Origin: a virus
Lineage: Duplodnaviria > Caudoviricetes
Length of the DNA stretch: 37,218 bases
Strand: one strand, 5' to 3'
IMG/VR virus record: IMGVR_UViG_3300025018_000300
Span: 1 to 37,218 of that record
Below, piece after piece: positions 1 through 8,067 of this stretch. Under the pieces are notes generated by a model, which saw only the letters and a list, made by a program, of their open reading frames with translations, did not search any database and had not been told where the DNA came from. A program made the translations under genes and the position numbers. Position 1 is the first letter of the stretch. The number at the start of each line of letters is the position of its first letter.

Positions 1-46
1 GTTATCACCAAACCCTACACCTATTACCACAAGCAGTCAAAACCCC

Positions 47-86
47 AAAGAAAAAGCCCCTTATTGGGATTACCAACAAAGGGCTT
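47..86 (-). terminator. intrinsic terminator
   Basis: Minus strand reads AAGCCCTTTGTTGG-TAATC-CCAATAAGGGGCTT then TTTCTTT. The 14-bp stem has two G-U pairs that form only on the minus strand. Confidence 0.7.
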
Positions 87-123
87 CAGTTGTTATCACA
101 TCAACTACGCCAGTTATAGCGTA
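47..123 (-). ncRNA. putative small antisense RNA complementary to the helicase-gene leader
   Basis: Minus-strand TATAAATA at 128-135. Segment 93-119 is 22/27 identical (ungapped) to 486-512. It is followed by a terminator hairpin and T-tract, and there is no ORF. Confidence 0.5.
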
Positions 124-127
124 CAAA

Positions 128-135
128 TATTTATA
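128..135 (-). promoter_or_regulatory. TATAAATA box (T4-late-like)
   Basis: tatttata on + strand, just upstream of the putative sRNA. Confidence 0.5.
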
Positions 136-367
136 CTTCCATTTCCTGCGCTTCGCAATAAATCACTTCGCCCTACTTCATTACCACACTTGTCATTTAC
201 CATTGCTTTTTCTTTCTATTTCTTTGGTATGAAAAACCCTCTAAAGAATACGGTTCTTAAAAATCATCTACTTATCGACGTTTTACGCTATAATTACCGT
301 ATACGCACTTTTTTTTGCTAAAACACTTACTTCCTTGTTTATACTGAATAAAAGGGTAAAAACCGCC

Positions 368-446
368 GTGCTACAAACCCCTATTTGTAGATAAATGTAG
401 ATTGTAGCACTTTCGTAGCACGCCAAAACCCGTGCTACCGTAGCAC
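368..446. repeat. GTAGCAC/GTGCTAC iteron cluster, putative replication origin or operator
   Basis: Heptamer at 368-374 (inverted), 404-410, 415-421, 432-438 (inverted) and 440-446; partial TGTAG at 386 and 396. Lies immediately upstream of helicase/primase. Confidence 0.6.
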
Positions 447-451
447 CTATA

Positions 452-489
452 TTGACACCCTAAAATCATTCTATTATAAATACTATTAT
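452..489 (+). promoter_or_regulatory. promoter of replication operon: TTGACA-N17-TATAAA overlapping TATAAATACTATT
   Basis: TTGACA 452-457, 17-bp spacer, TATAAATA 475-482; SD AGGAG at 511-515. Confidence 0.75.
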
Positions 490-521
490 CACACCAACTA
501 CTACTTTTATAGGAGCATTAA

Positions 522-1910
522 ATGACTACAAATATAAAACAACACCTCCCAAAAATCATGGCTGATGCAGTTGCATCCATCGAAAAAACAACCCAAGTTC
601 CAGAACAGTTTGCATTTCAATCAGTGCTTGCAGCCGCTAACTTTGCCGCTCAAAGCTATTGGCATTGGGACCCCAAACTGTTTGGTAAGGGCAAGAAGCC
701 ACTTGGACTATATCAAATAACACTATCTGCTTCTGGTACTCGCAAAAGTGCAGTATTTGAAAAAAGCCAGATGGGCATCAATCGCTGGTTAGAGGAATGG
801 GAAGAGTTTTGCTATCAAGATAAAAAGCGATTTGCTGCTGAGGACAGTTTATATCAAGACGCACTCAAAGAATATAAAGCCGCACTTAAAACAGACCCCA
901 GTGCGGAACCCCCAAAGGCACCTCGTCTTGCTGCTAATAGTGGTGCAGTTGTTAATCGTGGCACTACTAATGGCTTTATCAATATTATAAACCGTACCCC
1001 GGTAATGGGATTGTTCACTGACGAAGGTGCGCAGGTTTTTGCGGGACATTCAACTAAAGATGACAGTGGCACTATGGAGTTTATTACTAATCTGGTAAAT
1101 CTATGGGATGACGGACGAGTATCCAAAAACACGGGTATGGATGAAGTTCGTTTGCGTAATCGCTCAGTAAGTTTGTTTCTATTAAGTCAACCTACTGTGT
1201 TAGCTAAAGTAATGAACAATCAAACACTCATGGATCAAGGCTTTTTGCATCGTGTATTGGTAATGAATATACCCGAGTTTACTACAAGTCCCACTTCTGC
1301 GCTCAATACGGATCTTGTTAGTGATATATCATTGGGTCGCTTTGGTGACGCTTGTTATAAGTTGCTTAAGGGTATTCAATTCGAGAGGCATACTGAGTAT
1401 CAGTATTTTGAGAACTTAACCCATTGCCTAAACTGGACGAAAAGCGGGCTTGAAATGTATGACGTTATAAATCGCCATTTACATGCGGAGTTAGAAAACC
1501 ATAAGGGCGACACATTTATTGAACCATTCCTAAAGCGTGGTTTAGAACATATTGGTCGTATAGCTGGAACTTTTGTTGCTATTGAAGGGCGCGACAGCTT
1601 TACGGACACGGATTTATTGGCAGCACTACAGGTGTTCACTATTTTTCTGGATGAAAAGATCAACCTAAACATCAGCGACAGCGGATCATTAGATAATATT
1701 GGTAAGATATTAGTTGAGTGGATTTCAAGTCAGACGGATAAAACAAAGCTGTCAAAAAGCAACTTAAGCAAGTTTGGACCAAAGAAATATCGCAGTTTGC
1801 CTATTGAACAGCGCACTCGATTGTTGAAGCTAATGACGGATGAAGGACACATAGAACGTCGTGTGACTTCTGATGGCAGCTTTTATATGGATGTGGTAGG
1901 TGCAGAATGA
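522..1910 (+). CDS. DUF3987/YfjI-like P-loop replication helicase
   Basis: SASGTRKS (Walker A-like), GLFTDEG (Walker B), NLWDDG and GFLHRVL, with a C-terminal winged-helix-like segment. Adjacent to primase. Confidence 0.8.
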   Translation: MTTNIKQHLPKIMADAVASIEKTTQVPEQFAFQSVLAAANFAAQSYWHWDPKLFGKGKKPLGLYQITLSASGTRKSAVFEKSQMGINRWLEEWEEFCYQDKKRFAAEDSLYQDALKEYKAALKTDPSAEPPKAPRLAANSGAVVNRGTTNGFINIINRTPVMGLFTDEGAQVFAGHSTKDDSGTMEFITNLVNLWDDGRVSKNTGMDEVRLRNRSVSLFLLSQPTVLAKVMNNQTLMDQGFLHRVLVMNIPEFTTSPTSALNTDLVSDISLGRFGDACYKLLKGIQFERHTEYQYFENLTHCLNWTKSGLEMYDVINRHLHAELENHKGDTFIEPFLKRGLEHIGRIAGTFVAIEGRDSFTDTDLLAALQVFTIFLDEKINLNISDSGSLDNIGKILVEWISSQTDKTKLSKSNLSKFGPKKYRSLPIEQRTRLLKLMTDEGHIERRVTSDGSFYMDVVGAE

Positions 1911-2791
1911 TTGAGTTTAGTTTCGTTGAAAAAAGCACTATGCAGGCACATGCGCAAACTGTTTCATTAGATTGGGTGGGATTTGTTGAACTAATGCAGG
2001 ATTGTTCCACTATACCTCGACCTGCAACTAAAGCGGACAAGGAGTTTCATACGCCTGCCATAACTGGTGCGGTGTGGGCGCAAAATGCCACTAAGCGGGA
2101 TAAAACAACTGCTCTATATTCTGGACTACACGCATTGGATTTGGATTATTCATCAATATCTGTTTCGGAATGGTTGGAGTTCCTACAATCACTGGGTTGG
2201 TATTATGTGCTTCACACTACTACCTTTTCTACTGTTTTGGAACCTCGTTATAGAATAATACTGCCATTTGATAGACCTGTTCTTTTGAGTGAGTGGGATG
2301 CTATGTGGTTTGCTCTTGAAAGTGTGTTTGGTAAGCAGATGGATACAAAAACAAAAAACATAAATCGCTTGTTCTTTGTTCCACAGGATTGGATATATGA
2401 AAATAGTTATAAGGTGTTTTATTGGGGAGGAGAGTTTGCATTACCGGTTGATTGGTTGATGCAACAGTATCCTTATATACCGCCGCCCCCTCCCGTTATT
2501 CCGCAAATAAGCAACTCTGCATACCCTAGTGATTGGGTTAATATATGGGATAGCCATTTTGCTGGGGCCACTATGGTTGTTAAGTTCACTACTAGTCAAA
2601 AGGGCGGGCGTTTATGGCGTTTCATATGCTCTGTTGTTTTTAAGGCGCAGAAAGCTGGATATAGAATAGCACCCGCTGATTTAGAGATAATGGCTTGGGA
2701 GTTTAACCGGCATTTAGCTAATAAGGATTCTCGCACTAATATGCGAAAGGAAGTAGAAAAAGCAATCAAGAGTGTGTGGGGTGAAATATGA
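1907..2791 (+). CDS. archaeo-eukaryotic primase (prim-pol) family protein
   Basis: ALDLD (DxD), LHTT..S, PRYRIILPF and D....INRLFFVP, plus a helical C-terminal domain. ATGA overlap with helicase. Confidence 0.75.
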   Translation: MIEFSFVEKSTMQAHAQTVSLDWVGFVELMQDCSTIPRPATKADKEFHTPAITGAVWAQNATKRDKTTALYSGLHALDLDYSSISVSEWLEFLQSLGWYYVLHTTTFSTVLEPRYRIILPFDRPVLLSEWDAMWFALESVFGKQMDTKTKNINRLFFVPQDWIYENSYKVFYWGGEFALPVDWLMQQYPYIPPPPPVIPQISNSAYPSDWVNIWDSHFAGATMVVKFTTSQKGGRLWRFICSVVFKAQKAGYRIAPADLEIMAWEFNRHLANKDSRTNMRKEVEKAIKSVWGEI

Positions 2792-3249
2792 AAGTATGGA
2801 TTTTATCATTAACCAGTCCGTTGCGTGGCGACGAGTGGATTGCGTTTCGTGACAGATTTTGGGATTTGAAAGCTGGACTTCTTATCTGGAGCCACGATCA
2901 TAATACAATGCGATATAAGGACGCAACCAAACAACTCTTGAATAACTACAAGATGGCAATAAAGCCAGCAATCTCTGGCATCACTAATAGTGTTGTCTGC
3001 TTTGGTATAGCTGAAACTGATGCTCAGTTGTTCATACTCGCAATGTATGGGACTCTATATTATGTTGATGTTGATGAGCAGTTTATAAATGACTGTTGGT
3101 CAATACTTGAATTGGGTAATGCGAATGGCGATTTAGGGTATAAGGATGTGGTTCATTGCATTTGGATAGATGAGTTCCGACGACAAAATAAGCGGTTGCC
3201 AGAAAATAAGTGGCAATATAGGTCTGGTAAGCAGCAAATGACTATTTGA
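2788..3249 (+). CDS. hypothetical protein
   Basis: 153-aa ORF with ATGA overlap with primase. Confidence 0.7.
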   Translation: MKVWILSLTSPLRGDEWIAFRDRFWDLKAGLLIWSHDHNTMRYKDATKQLLNNYKMAIKPAISGITNSVVCFGIAETDAQLFILAMYGTLYYVDVDEQFINDCWSILELGNANGDLGYKDVVHCIWIDEFRRQNKRLPENKWQYRSGKQQMTI

Positions 3250-3308
3250 TTACGCAACTTCAAAAAGGTCTTTCTTGATTTTAACAATATACAATATATA
3301 CTATTACT

Positions 3309-3707
3309 ATGACCGCTAATGTTTATGTATATGCCGAACTAAGCCATAATATGAAATACCATCTCTTAAGTTGGTTTCGTCGCTCTGGCTATTCAGAAGA
3401 GCTAATAACCGCTTGGCGGGCTGGGTTGGCTACCTGCATCAACGACGCATATTTGAAACGCCGTATGAGCATTAAAGCCAAACAGTCTAAAGTGCCGAAA
3501 GTCCGAAGACCTAAACATACACCGATGAATATTCAACGCGCAATCTCTGATTTTAGAAAAAAGAATCATAGTCTTATAGTCAATCTTCAAACAGGCGACC
3601 GAAACATTCAATACTACAACGTTGACCCAGCCGTCTATAAGATTGCTCAACTCTTTATCACTCGAAATAATAATATTAAACCGTATGATAAACGCAAATC
3701 ATCATAA
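3309..3707 (+). CDS. hypothetical basic protein (possibly leaderless)
   Basis: 132-aa Lys/Arg-rich ORF. Variant box AATATATACTATT lies just upstream and there is no SD. Confidence 0.65.
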   Translation: MTANVYVYAELSHNMKYHLLSWFRRSGYSEELITAWRAGLATCINDAYLKRRMSIKAKQSKVPKVRRPKHTPMNIQRAISDFRKKNHSLIVNLQTGDRNIQYYNVDPAVYKIAQLFITRNNNIKPYDKRKSS

Positions 3708-3928
3708 TCGTGAATGAAGTTATTTAGTCGAGCATAAATCGCCCTTGCCACTTCTGTTTTCTGCGTTTCATCATACTCAACATACTTTGTAGCACTCATT
3801 ATAAACTTTAACTGTATATCCTTGTTATGATTGACAAAAATATAGTCTTTTAGGGTGTTTCCTCCCTGACTTAATATATCTTCCTGCAACCATTCTGGTG
3901 TATCTGATATTTTAGATATTATAACCAT
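3647..3928 (-). CDS. hypothetical protein
   Basis: 93-aa ORF with minus-strand TATAAATA at 3966-3973. The 3' end overlaps the convergent gene. Confidence 0.55.
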   Translation of the reverse strand: MVIISKISDTPEWLQEDILSQGGNTLKDYIFVNHNKDIQLKFIMSATKYVEYDETQKTEVARAIYARLNNFIHDYDDLRLSYGLILLFRVIKS

Positions 3929-3940
3929 TTTCTTATTTGA

Positions 3941-4241
3941 CCTTTAAACATAAATACTATTATAATATTTATATTAGAGCGCTGTTGCTCATTTGAAAGG
4001 AATATGAAAATGGATATCGTCACTATGTTAATCTTGGGTGTTATTGTACTTGTTGTTGCATTCGTTGCTTTTATGGCATTATGGCCCGTAATGGCTGCAA
4101 TGCTGGTGTTTGGTGGTTTGGGCAGTCTTATAGGTCCTGTGGGAATGACCGTGGGCTTGATATTTGGTGCTGCTCTTGGCACTCTTTTTATTTTTGTAGC
4201 CCTTGCACAAGGTTAAGCCTTTAAACATAAATACTATTATA
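3941..4241 (+). repeat. 24-bp exact direct repeat CCTTTAAACATAAATACTATTATA containing the promoter box
   Basis: Copies at 3941-3964 and 4218-4241 flank the 70-aa membrane gene. Confidence 0.9.
4004..4216 (+). CDS. small membrane protein with Gly-rich hydrophobic helices
   Basis: 70 aa, almost entirely hydrophobic, GxxxG motifs; SD AAGGA. Confidence 0.75.
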   Translation: MKMDIVTMLILGVIVLVVAFVAFMALWPVMAAMLVFGGLGSLIGPVGMTVGLIFGAALGTLFIFVALAQG

Positions 4242-4254
4242 GAAAGGAAAATCA

Positions 4255-4470
4255 ATGAAACAATGTATGAAATGTAAACTGTTTAAAGCCACTACAGAAT
4301 TTACTATGAACCGCCACTTAGCTTCCGGGCTGAGTGACTACTGTAAATCCTGCAAGTCAGAAATAGAACGGGATTATAGAGCTAAACCAGAAAATCGTGC
4401 TCGCTTAACTGCTTATCATAAGGAATGGCGCGCTCGTAAAAGACAACTGAAACAACAAACAGAGGAATAA
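4255..4470 (+). CDS. CxxC...CxxC zinc-finger protein
   Basis: KQCMKC...YCKSC followed by a basic helix, as in the N-terminal domains of phage HNH/endonuclease VII-like proteins; SD AAGGA. Confidence 0.75.
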   Translation: MKQCMKCKLFKATTEFTMNRHLASGLSDYCKSCKSEIERDYRAKPENRARLTAYHKEWRARKRQLKQQTEE

Positions 4471-4472
4471 CA

Positions 4473-4715
4473 ATGTATATTATACCAACTATTATACCAG
4501 CAATGACAAACAACTATATGTTGCTTAATGAAAATATAGCCTCAATCAACAAGCTCAATAACCTTATTGAGAGAATAGAAACGGAACTTGACTACAACAC
4601 CAGAGAAGATTTTGATGTGGTCACATTAGAGTATGAGGACGGTGAGCGAATATATTGCTTTATTACAACTTCGCCCGCTATTCACGCAGATATATGCGAC
4701 CTATTAGGAGTATAA
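4473..4715 (+). CDS. hypothetical protein
   Basis: 80-aa ORF, SD GAGGA, tightly packed in operon. Confidence 0.7.
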   Translation: MYIIPTIIPAMTNNYMLLNENIASINKLNNLIERIETELDYNTREDFDVVTLEYEDGERIYCFITTSPAIHADICDLLGV

Positions 4716-4716
4716 A

Positions 4717-5469
4717 ATGAAAATAACGATTCCAACAAAAAAAGCCAGCAGTGACCGCCACTTATCTTGGATTTTGGGATACGAACCTGATATAACACCC
4801 AGAACAGATGACATAACAAAATGCTTCCCCACCGCCGCTTACGATATAGAACTATACAAATGGCATATGGGAGTAGGAAAATACTTTTATCAAAATCACC
4901 TATATGGCTGGCTTTGCAAATATGCTCCAATAAAGCCGCCCTATTATCTTGGAGTAGACATTGGCGCTAATGTGGGACAACACTCTATAATGATGAGCCA
5001 GATGTGTAAGAGAGTTATCGCTTTTGAACCGCATCCTGAAACATTTAATGTGCTACAGAGAAATATGGACGTTAACAACATTAACAATGTTGAACTATAT
5101 CAAGATGCGATAAGTGACCGTATTAGAAAAGCACAAATCACAGATAGAAAAATGAGTGGCAGTAATCATATTAAGTTTGATAATACCCGTTCACCCAGTA
5201 ATATTATGACCAATGTGTATCCATTGGATTATTTCAATCTAAAAACCGTACACATAATAAAGATTGATGTTGAATGTCACGAGTTAGAAGTATTAAACGG
5301 AATGGAACAAACACTTCACTATAACAATCCGTATGTTATTTTAGAAGCACATAGAGGTAGATGGGAAACTCCATATATGTTTGATTTTATGGAAGGCAAC
5401 GAATATTTTGTAATAGCACATTTTCAGAACAACATTATATTTCATAAATCATCACGGAGACATAAATGA
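4717..5469 (+). CDS. FkbM-family SAM-dependent methyltransferase
   Basis: VDIGANVG, VIAFEP and IKIDVECHE motifs. Confidence 0.9.
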   Translation: MKITIPTKKASSDRHLSWILGYEPDITPRTDDITKCFPTAAYDIELYKWHMGVGKYFYQNHLYGWLCKYAPIKPPYYLGVDIGANVGQHSIMMSQMCKRVIAFEPHPETFNVLQRNMDVNNINNVELYQDAISDRIRKAQITDRKMSGSNHIKFDNTRSPSNIMTNVYPLDYFNLKTVHIIKIDVECHELEVLNGMEQTLHYNNPYVILEAHRGRWETPYMFDFMEGNEYFVIAHFQNNIIFHKSSRRHK

Positions 5470-5996
5470 CATATATAATATCAACCAACCCTCTATATAA
5501 ATCAAAAATGAAAAAAGTCGTCTTAGATGACACATATTCAGATAAAATATATAGAACCTGGCTAAAAAACATAATGAAAAAAGCAGGTTACACTATAGAA
5601 AAAAATGTGTATCTATACGAGGTCAACACCGAAAATCTGATACAACATATATTGATAGGAATAGCAACGTCGAATATATTATATCAATCAGAAGATATAT
5701 CAGAACTGAAAAATCTACTCGATAATACATATAAAATATATAATGCCTATATAATAGACAATATTATTCAGGAATACGAAGAGGATAAAAAATACCTAAA
5801 TGAAATGAAAAAAATGATGAAAAATATAAAAAATCTACCCAGACCATATAATGTTCAGATAAAATCACTATTAGATAGTGTCGAACATTATATTAGCTCA
5901 TTGAGCTCAAATCAAATCGAACGAGCTGCAATGATTAAAGCCAGGAAGTATCTGAATCGTCAGATAAATCCAATGAAAAATACAATATCAGAATAA
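5466..5996 (+). CDS. hypothetical protein (very AT-rich)
   Basis: 176-aa ORF with ATGA overlap. Confidence 0.7.
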   Translation: MTYIISTNPLYKSKMKKVVLDDTYSDKIYRTWLKNIMKKAGYTIEKNVYLYEVNTENLIQHILIGIATSNILYQSEDISELKNLLDNTYKIYNAYIIDNIIQEYEEDKKYLNEMKKMMKNIKNLPRPYNVQIKSLLDSVEHYISSLSSNQIERAAMIKARKYLNRQINPMKNTISE

Positions 5997-6018
5997 ATGA
6001 CATAAAGGAATAACAAAA

Positions 6019-6459
6019 ATGGAAATAATAACTAACAACTCAGAAATGCAACCGCATCCTACAATGAGTACAGACTGTTGGATCTGGCGCAAAAGCCTAC
6101 AAGGTCAAGGCTATGGTAATGCAACCTATCAAGGCGCTTACCACCGCGCTCACGTTCTATCATACAAACTGTTCAATAACGACTATGACTTACAAGGCTA
6201 TACAATCAACCATCACTGTGACCGTCCAGCTTGTGTAAACCCGCTTCATTTATATAAGGGTACTCAAGCTGAAAACAACAGAGATACTCGTATGCGTGGC
6301 AGAACACGACGAGTAGAAATCATTTCTGATGAAGGATATTTTGAAACCATATCAGAAGCCTGTAGATATTATAATCGCTCAGCAGATTGGGTTAGATTAA
6401 GAGCCAAACGCAATCCACGTTGGCTGATGCTCGTTAATGGCTATGAGGTGCGAGAATGA
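6019..6459 (+). CDS. HNH endonuclease with NUMOD1-like C-terminal DNA-binding segment
   Basis: CWIW...GYG...AHVLSY...HHCDRPACVNPLHL..GTQAEN; C-terminal FETISEACRY. Confidence 0.9.
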   Translation: MEIITNNSEMQPHPTMSTDCWIWRKSLQGQGYGNATYQGAYHRAHVLSYKLFNNDYDLQGYTINHHCDRPACVNPLHLYKGTQAENNRDTRMRGRTRRVEIISDEGYFETISEACRYYNRSADWVRLRAKRNPRWLMLVNGYEVRE

Positions 6460-6686
6460 AAACCATATATTTGGTAATGCAGCAGGCCTATGATGAATAC
6501 GTCACACATGGTGCTGCATTTGTTGACGTGGAACAATGCTTAGATTTTGTCAAAAGAAAAAATGAACAGTTTCTAAGATCACGTGATATTCCAGAAACCT
6601 ATGAAGCATATACATATGAAGAGATTCATTTGATTGAAACACCAGAGGAATATTTGTCGCTGGTACTAATGATAGAGGAAATATGA
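6456..6686 (+). CDS. hypothetical protein
   Basis: 76 aa, SD GAGG, ATGA overlap. Confidence 0.7.
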   Translation: MKTIYLVMQQAYDEYVTHGAAFVDVEQCLDFVKRKNEQFLRSRDIPETYEAYTYEEIHLIETPEEYLSLVLMIEEI

Positions 6687-6742
6687 TGTTTGAAACACTG
6701 ATAATAATACTCATAATCTGTTCAGTGGTGTTATGCCTATGA
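6683..6742 (+). CDS. 19-aa hydrophobic micropeptide MMFETLIIILIICSVVLCL (not in ORF track)
   Basis: SD GAGGA; ATGA overlaps with both flanking genes. Confidence 0.55.
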   Translation: MMFETLIIILIICSVVLCL

Positions 6743-6975
6743 GAACGATCAGAATACCACCCTTTTTAGACCCTGAGTTTAACCACACCAGTAATCAGAT
6801 GAAAGTTATAGATGCTGATATGGCAATGGCCTCCATAATACGCGAATTGAAAATGACATACAGCCAATATGATCAAGTCAAACGAACCGCAGATGAAGTG
6901 AGTGTTTATGACGACCACCTATTATATCTAACACTTAAACACCCAGAGCTATTAGATAGATTGGAGATTGAATGA
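6739..6975 (+). CDS. hypothetical protein
   Basis: ORF track 6733..6975; start moved to the ATG at 6739, which overlaps the upstream stop. Confidence 0.65.
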   Translation: MRTIRIPPFLDPEFNHTSNQMKVIDADMAMASIIRELKMTYSQYDQVKRTADEVSVYDDHLLYLTLKHPELLDRLEIE

Positions 6976-7208
6976 TGTTGACCCCGTTTCAAAGAATTAT
7001 AAGTGAACTAAAAGAGAAAATGGAATGCCAACAGAGATTCCCTGATTTGGAAACAAATCCGAATAGTAAGATGCAAGCCGTTTTAATTTATGGCGACAAC
7101 ATAGTTGATAGTATTATTAATCAGGAAGCGGAATTTGAAAAAAGCAACACTTTTCGCTACTTACCCGGCGGTAACAAAATATCAATACAACCAAAGGAGA
7201 TTGAATGA
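6972..7208 (+). CDS. hypothetical protein
   Basis: 78 aa, SD GGAG, ATGA overlap; flanked by a 15-bp direct repeat. Confidence 0.7.
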   Translation: MMLTPFQRIISELKEKMECQQRFPDLETNPNSKMQAVLIYGDNIVDSIINQEAEFEKSNTFRYLPGGNKISIQPKEIE

Positions 7209-7330
7209 TGGCAGAACACGAATTCAACGCAACAGAAATAGCATTGATTGAAATAAGATACAAGTTAGATACAATAATAGAACTACTTGAACAACTCGTA
7301 CCAAAGGAGACAGATGAAAAAGACACTTAA
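7205..7330 (+). CDS. 41-aa hypothetical protein (not in ORF track)
   Basis: MMAEHEFNATEIALIEIRYKLDTIIELLEQLVPKETDEKDT; SD AAGGAG, ATGA overlap. Confidence 0.65.
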   Translation: MMAEHEFNATEIALIEIRYKLDTIIELLEQLVPKETDEKDT

Positions 7331-7484
7331 AGAGATACAGGAAAAAGTATTAGAACGTCGCGATAACTCAACAGAAATGCGATTAGCCGCTCTTATCAAG
7401 ACGGTAAAGGAACAGGCAGATCGTATCGAGTATTTAGAAAAAAGCCTTGCCGATATTATTTCTATTATTGACAATGAACAATAA
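7314..7484 (+). CDS. hypothetical coiled-coil protein
   Basis: Start reassigned to the ATG at 7314 behind SD AAGGAG; 56 aa. Confidence 0.65.
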   Translation: MKKTLKEIQEKVLERRDNSTEMRLAALIKTVKEQADRIEYLEKSLADIISIIDNEQ

Positions 7485-7534
7485 GACTACTATACTTAAT
7501 TCTGTTAGTTGAGATATTCAAAATTATTCCTCTG

Positions 7535-7565
7535 AAAAGGAAAAGCCCCTTAAGTGGGGCTTTTC
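7535..7565. terminator. bidirectional intrinsic terminator
   Basis: GAAAAGCCCC-TTAAGT-GGGGCTTTTC between convergent arms. Confidence 0.85.
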
Positions 7566-7996
7566 TATCTCTTCAAAAACCAATCTCGTTCTGCTTTTCT
7601 GCGTCTTGTTAGACCGGCTAATACGCGGCCCCCAGCTTTATTCCATCTAAGGAATTGGTCAGCAGCACCAACATAATCACCCGCATTTAGTTTGCGCAGT
7701 AATGTACTTTCACCTAACGCACCTTCACCTAAATTAAAAGCAAACGATACGAGGGCATCAAACTGTGATTGATTGATTGGCACGGTGACCAAACGACTTA
7801 CAGCGCGTTCAAACCGCTCAATATCTTTCTTTAACAGCGCCAACCCCTGTTCTCTGGTAATGGGTGGGTCAGTCATTTTCACATTGCTAGTATGACCAAA
7901 CCCGATGGTAGCAATGCCACCAGAACAAAGATAAGGTGAACCACCCCACCCTTCAAAGTTCGCAATAAATGTAATAATATCGTCACTTGCTTTCAT
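7565..7996 (-). CDS. endolysin, GH24 lysozyme
   Basis: FEG...Y.C.GG..TIGFGHT, QFDALVSFAFNLG and GLTRRRKAE motifs. Confidence 0.95.
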   Translation of the reverse strand: MKASDDIITFIANFEGWGGSPYLCSGGIATIGFGHTSNVKMTDPPITREQGLALLKKDIERFERAVSRLVTVPINQSQFDALVSFAFNLGEGALGESTLLRKLNAGDYVGAADQFLRWNKAGGRVLAGLTRRRKAERDWFLKR

Positions 7997-8012
7997 TGAT
8001 AACTCCCCATAA

Positions 8013-8025
8013 AATAGTATTTACC
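8013..8025 (-). promoter_or_regulatory. GGTAAATACTATT box upstream of endolysin
   Basis: Shares TAAATACTATT with the boxes at 475, 3949 and 4226. Confidence 0.6.
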
Positions 8026-8067
8026 ACTGATTTCACCTTAATAGCCGTTTGAGTATGTTTCAACAAC

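Noticed and set aside
64-321. 85-aa ORF
   Set aside because: TTG start with no SD, overlaps the hairpin and regulatory region, and has no protein-like features.
2-493. DnaA boxes (TTATCACA/TTACCACA at 24, 93, 181, 486)
   Set aside because: They do not match the 9-mer TTATCCACA without a gap; two are better explained by the sRNA/leader similarity.
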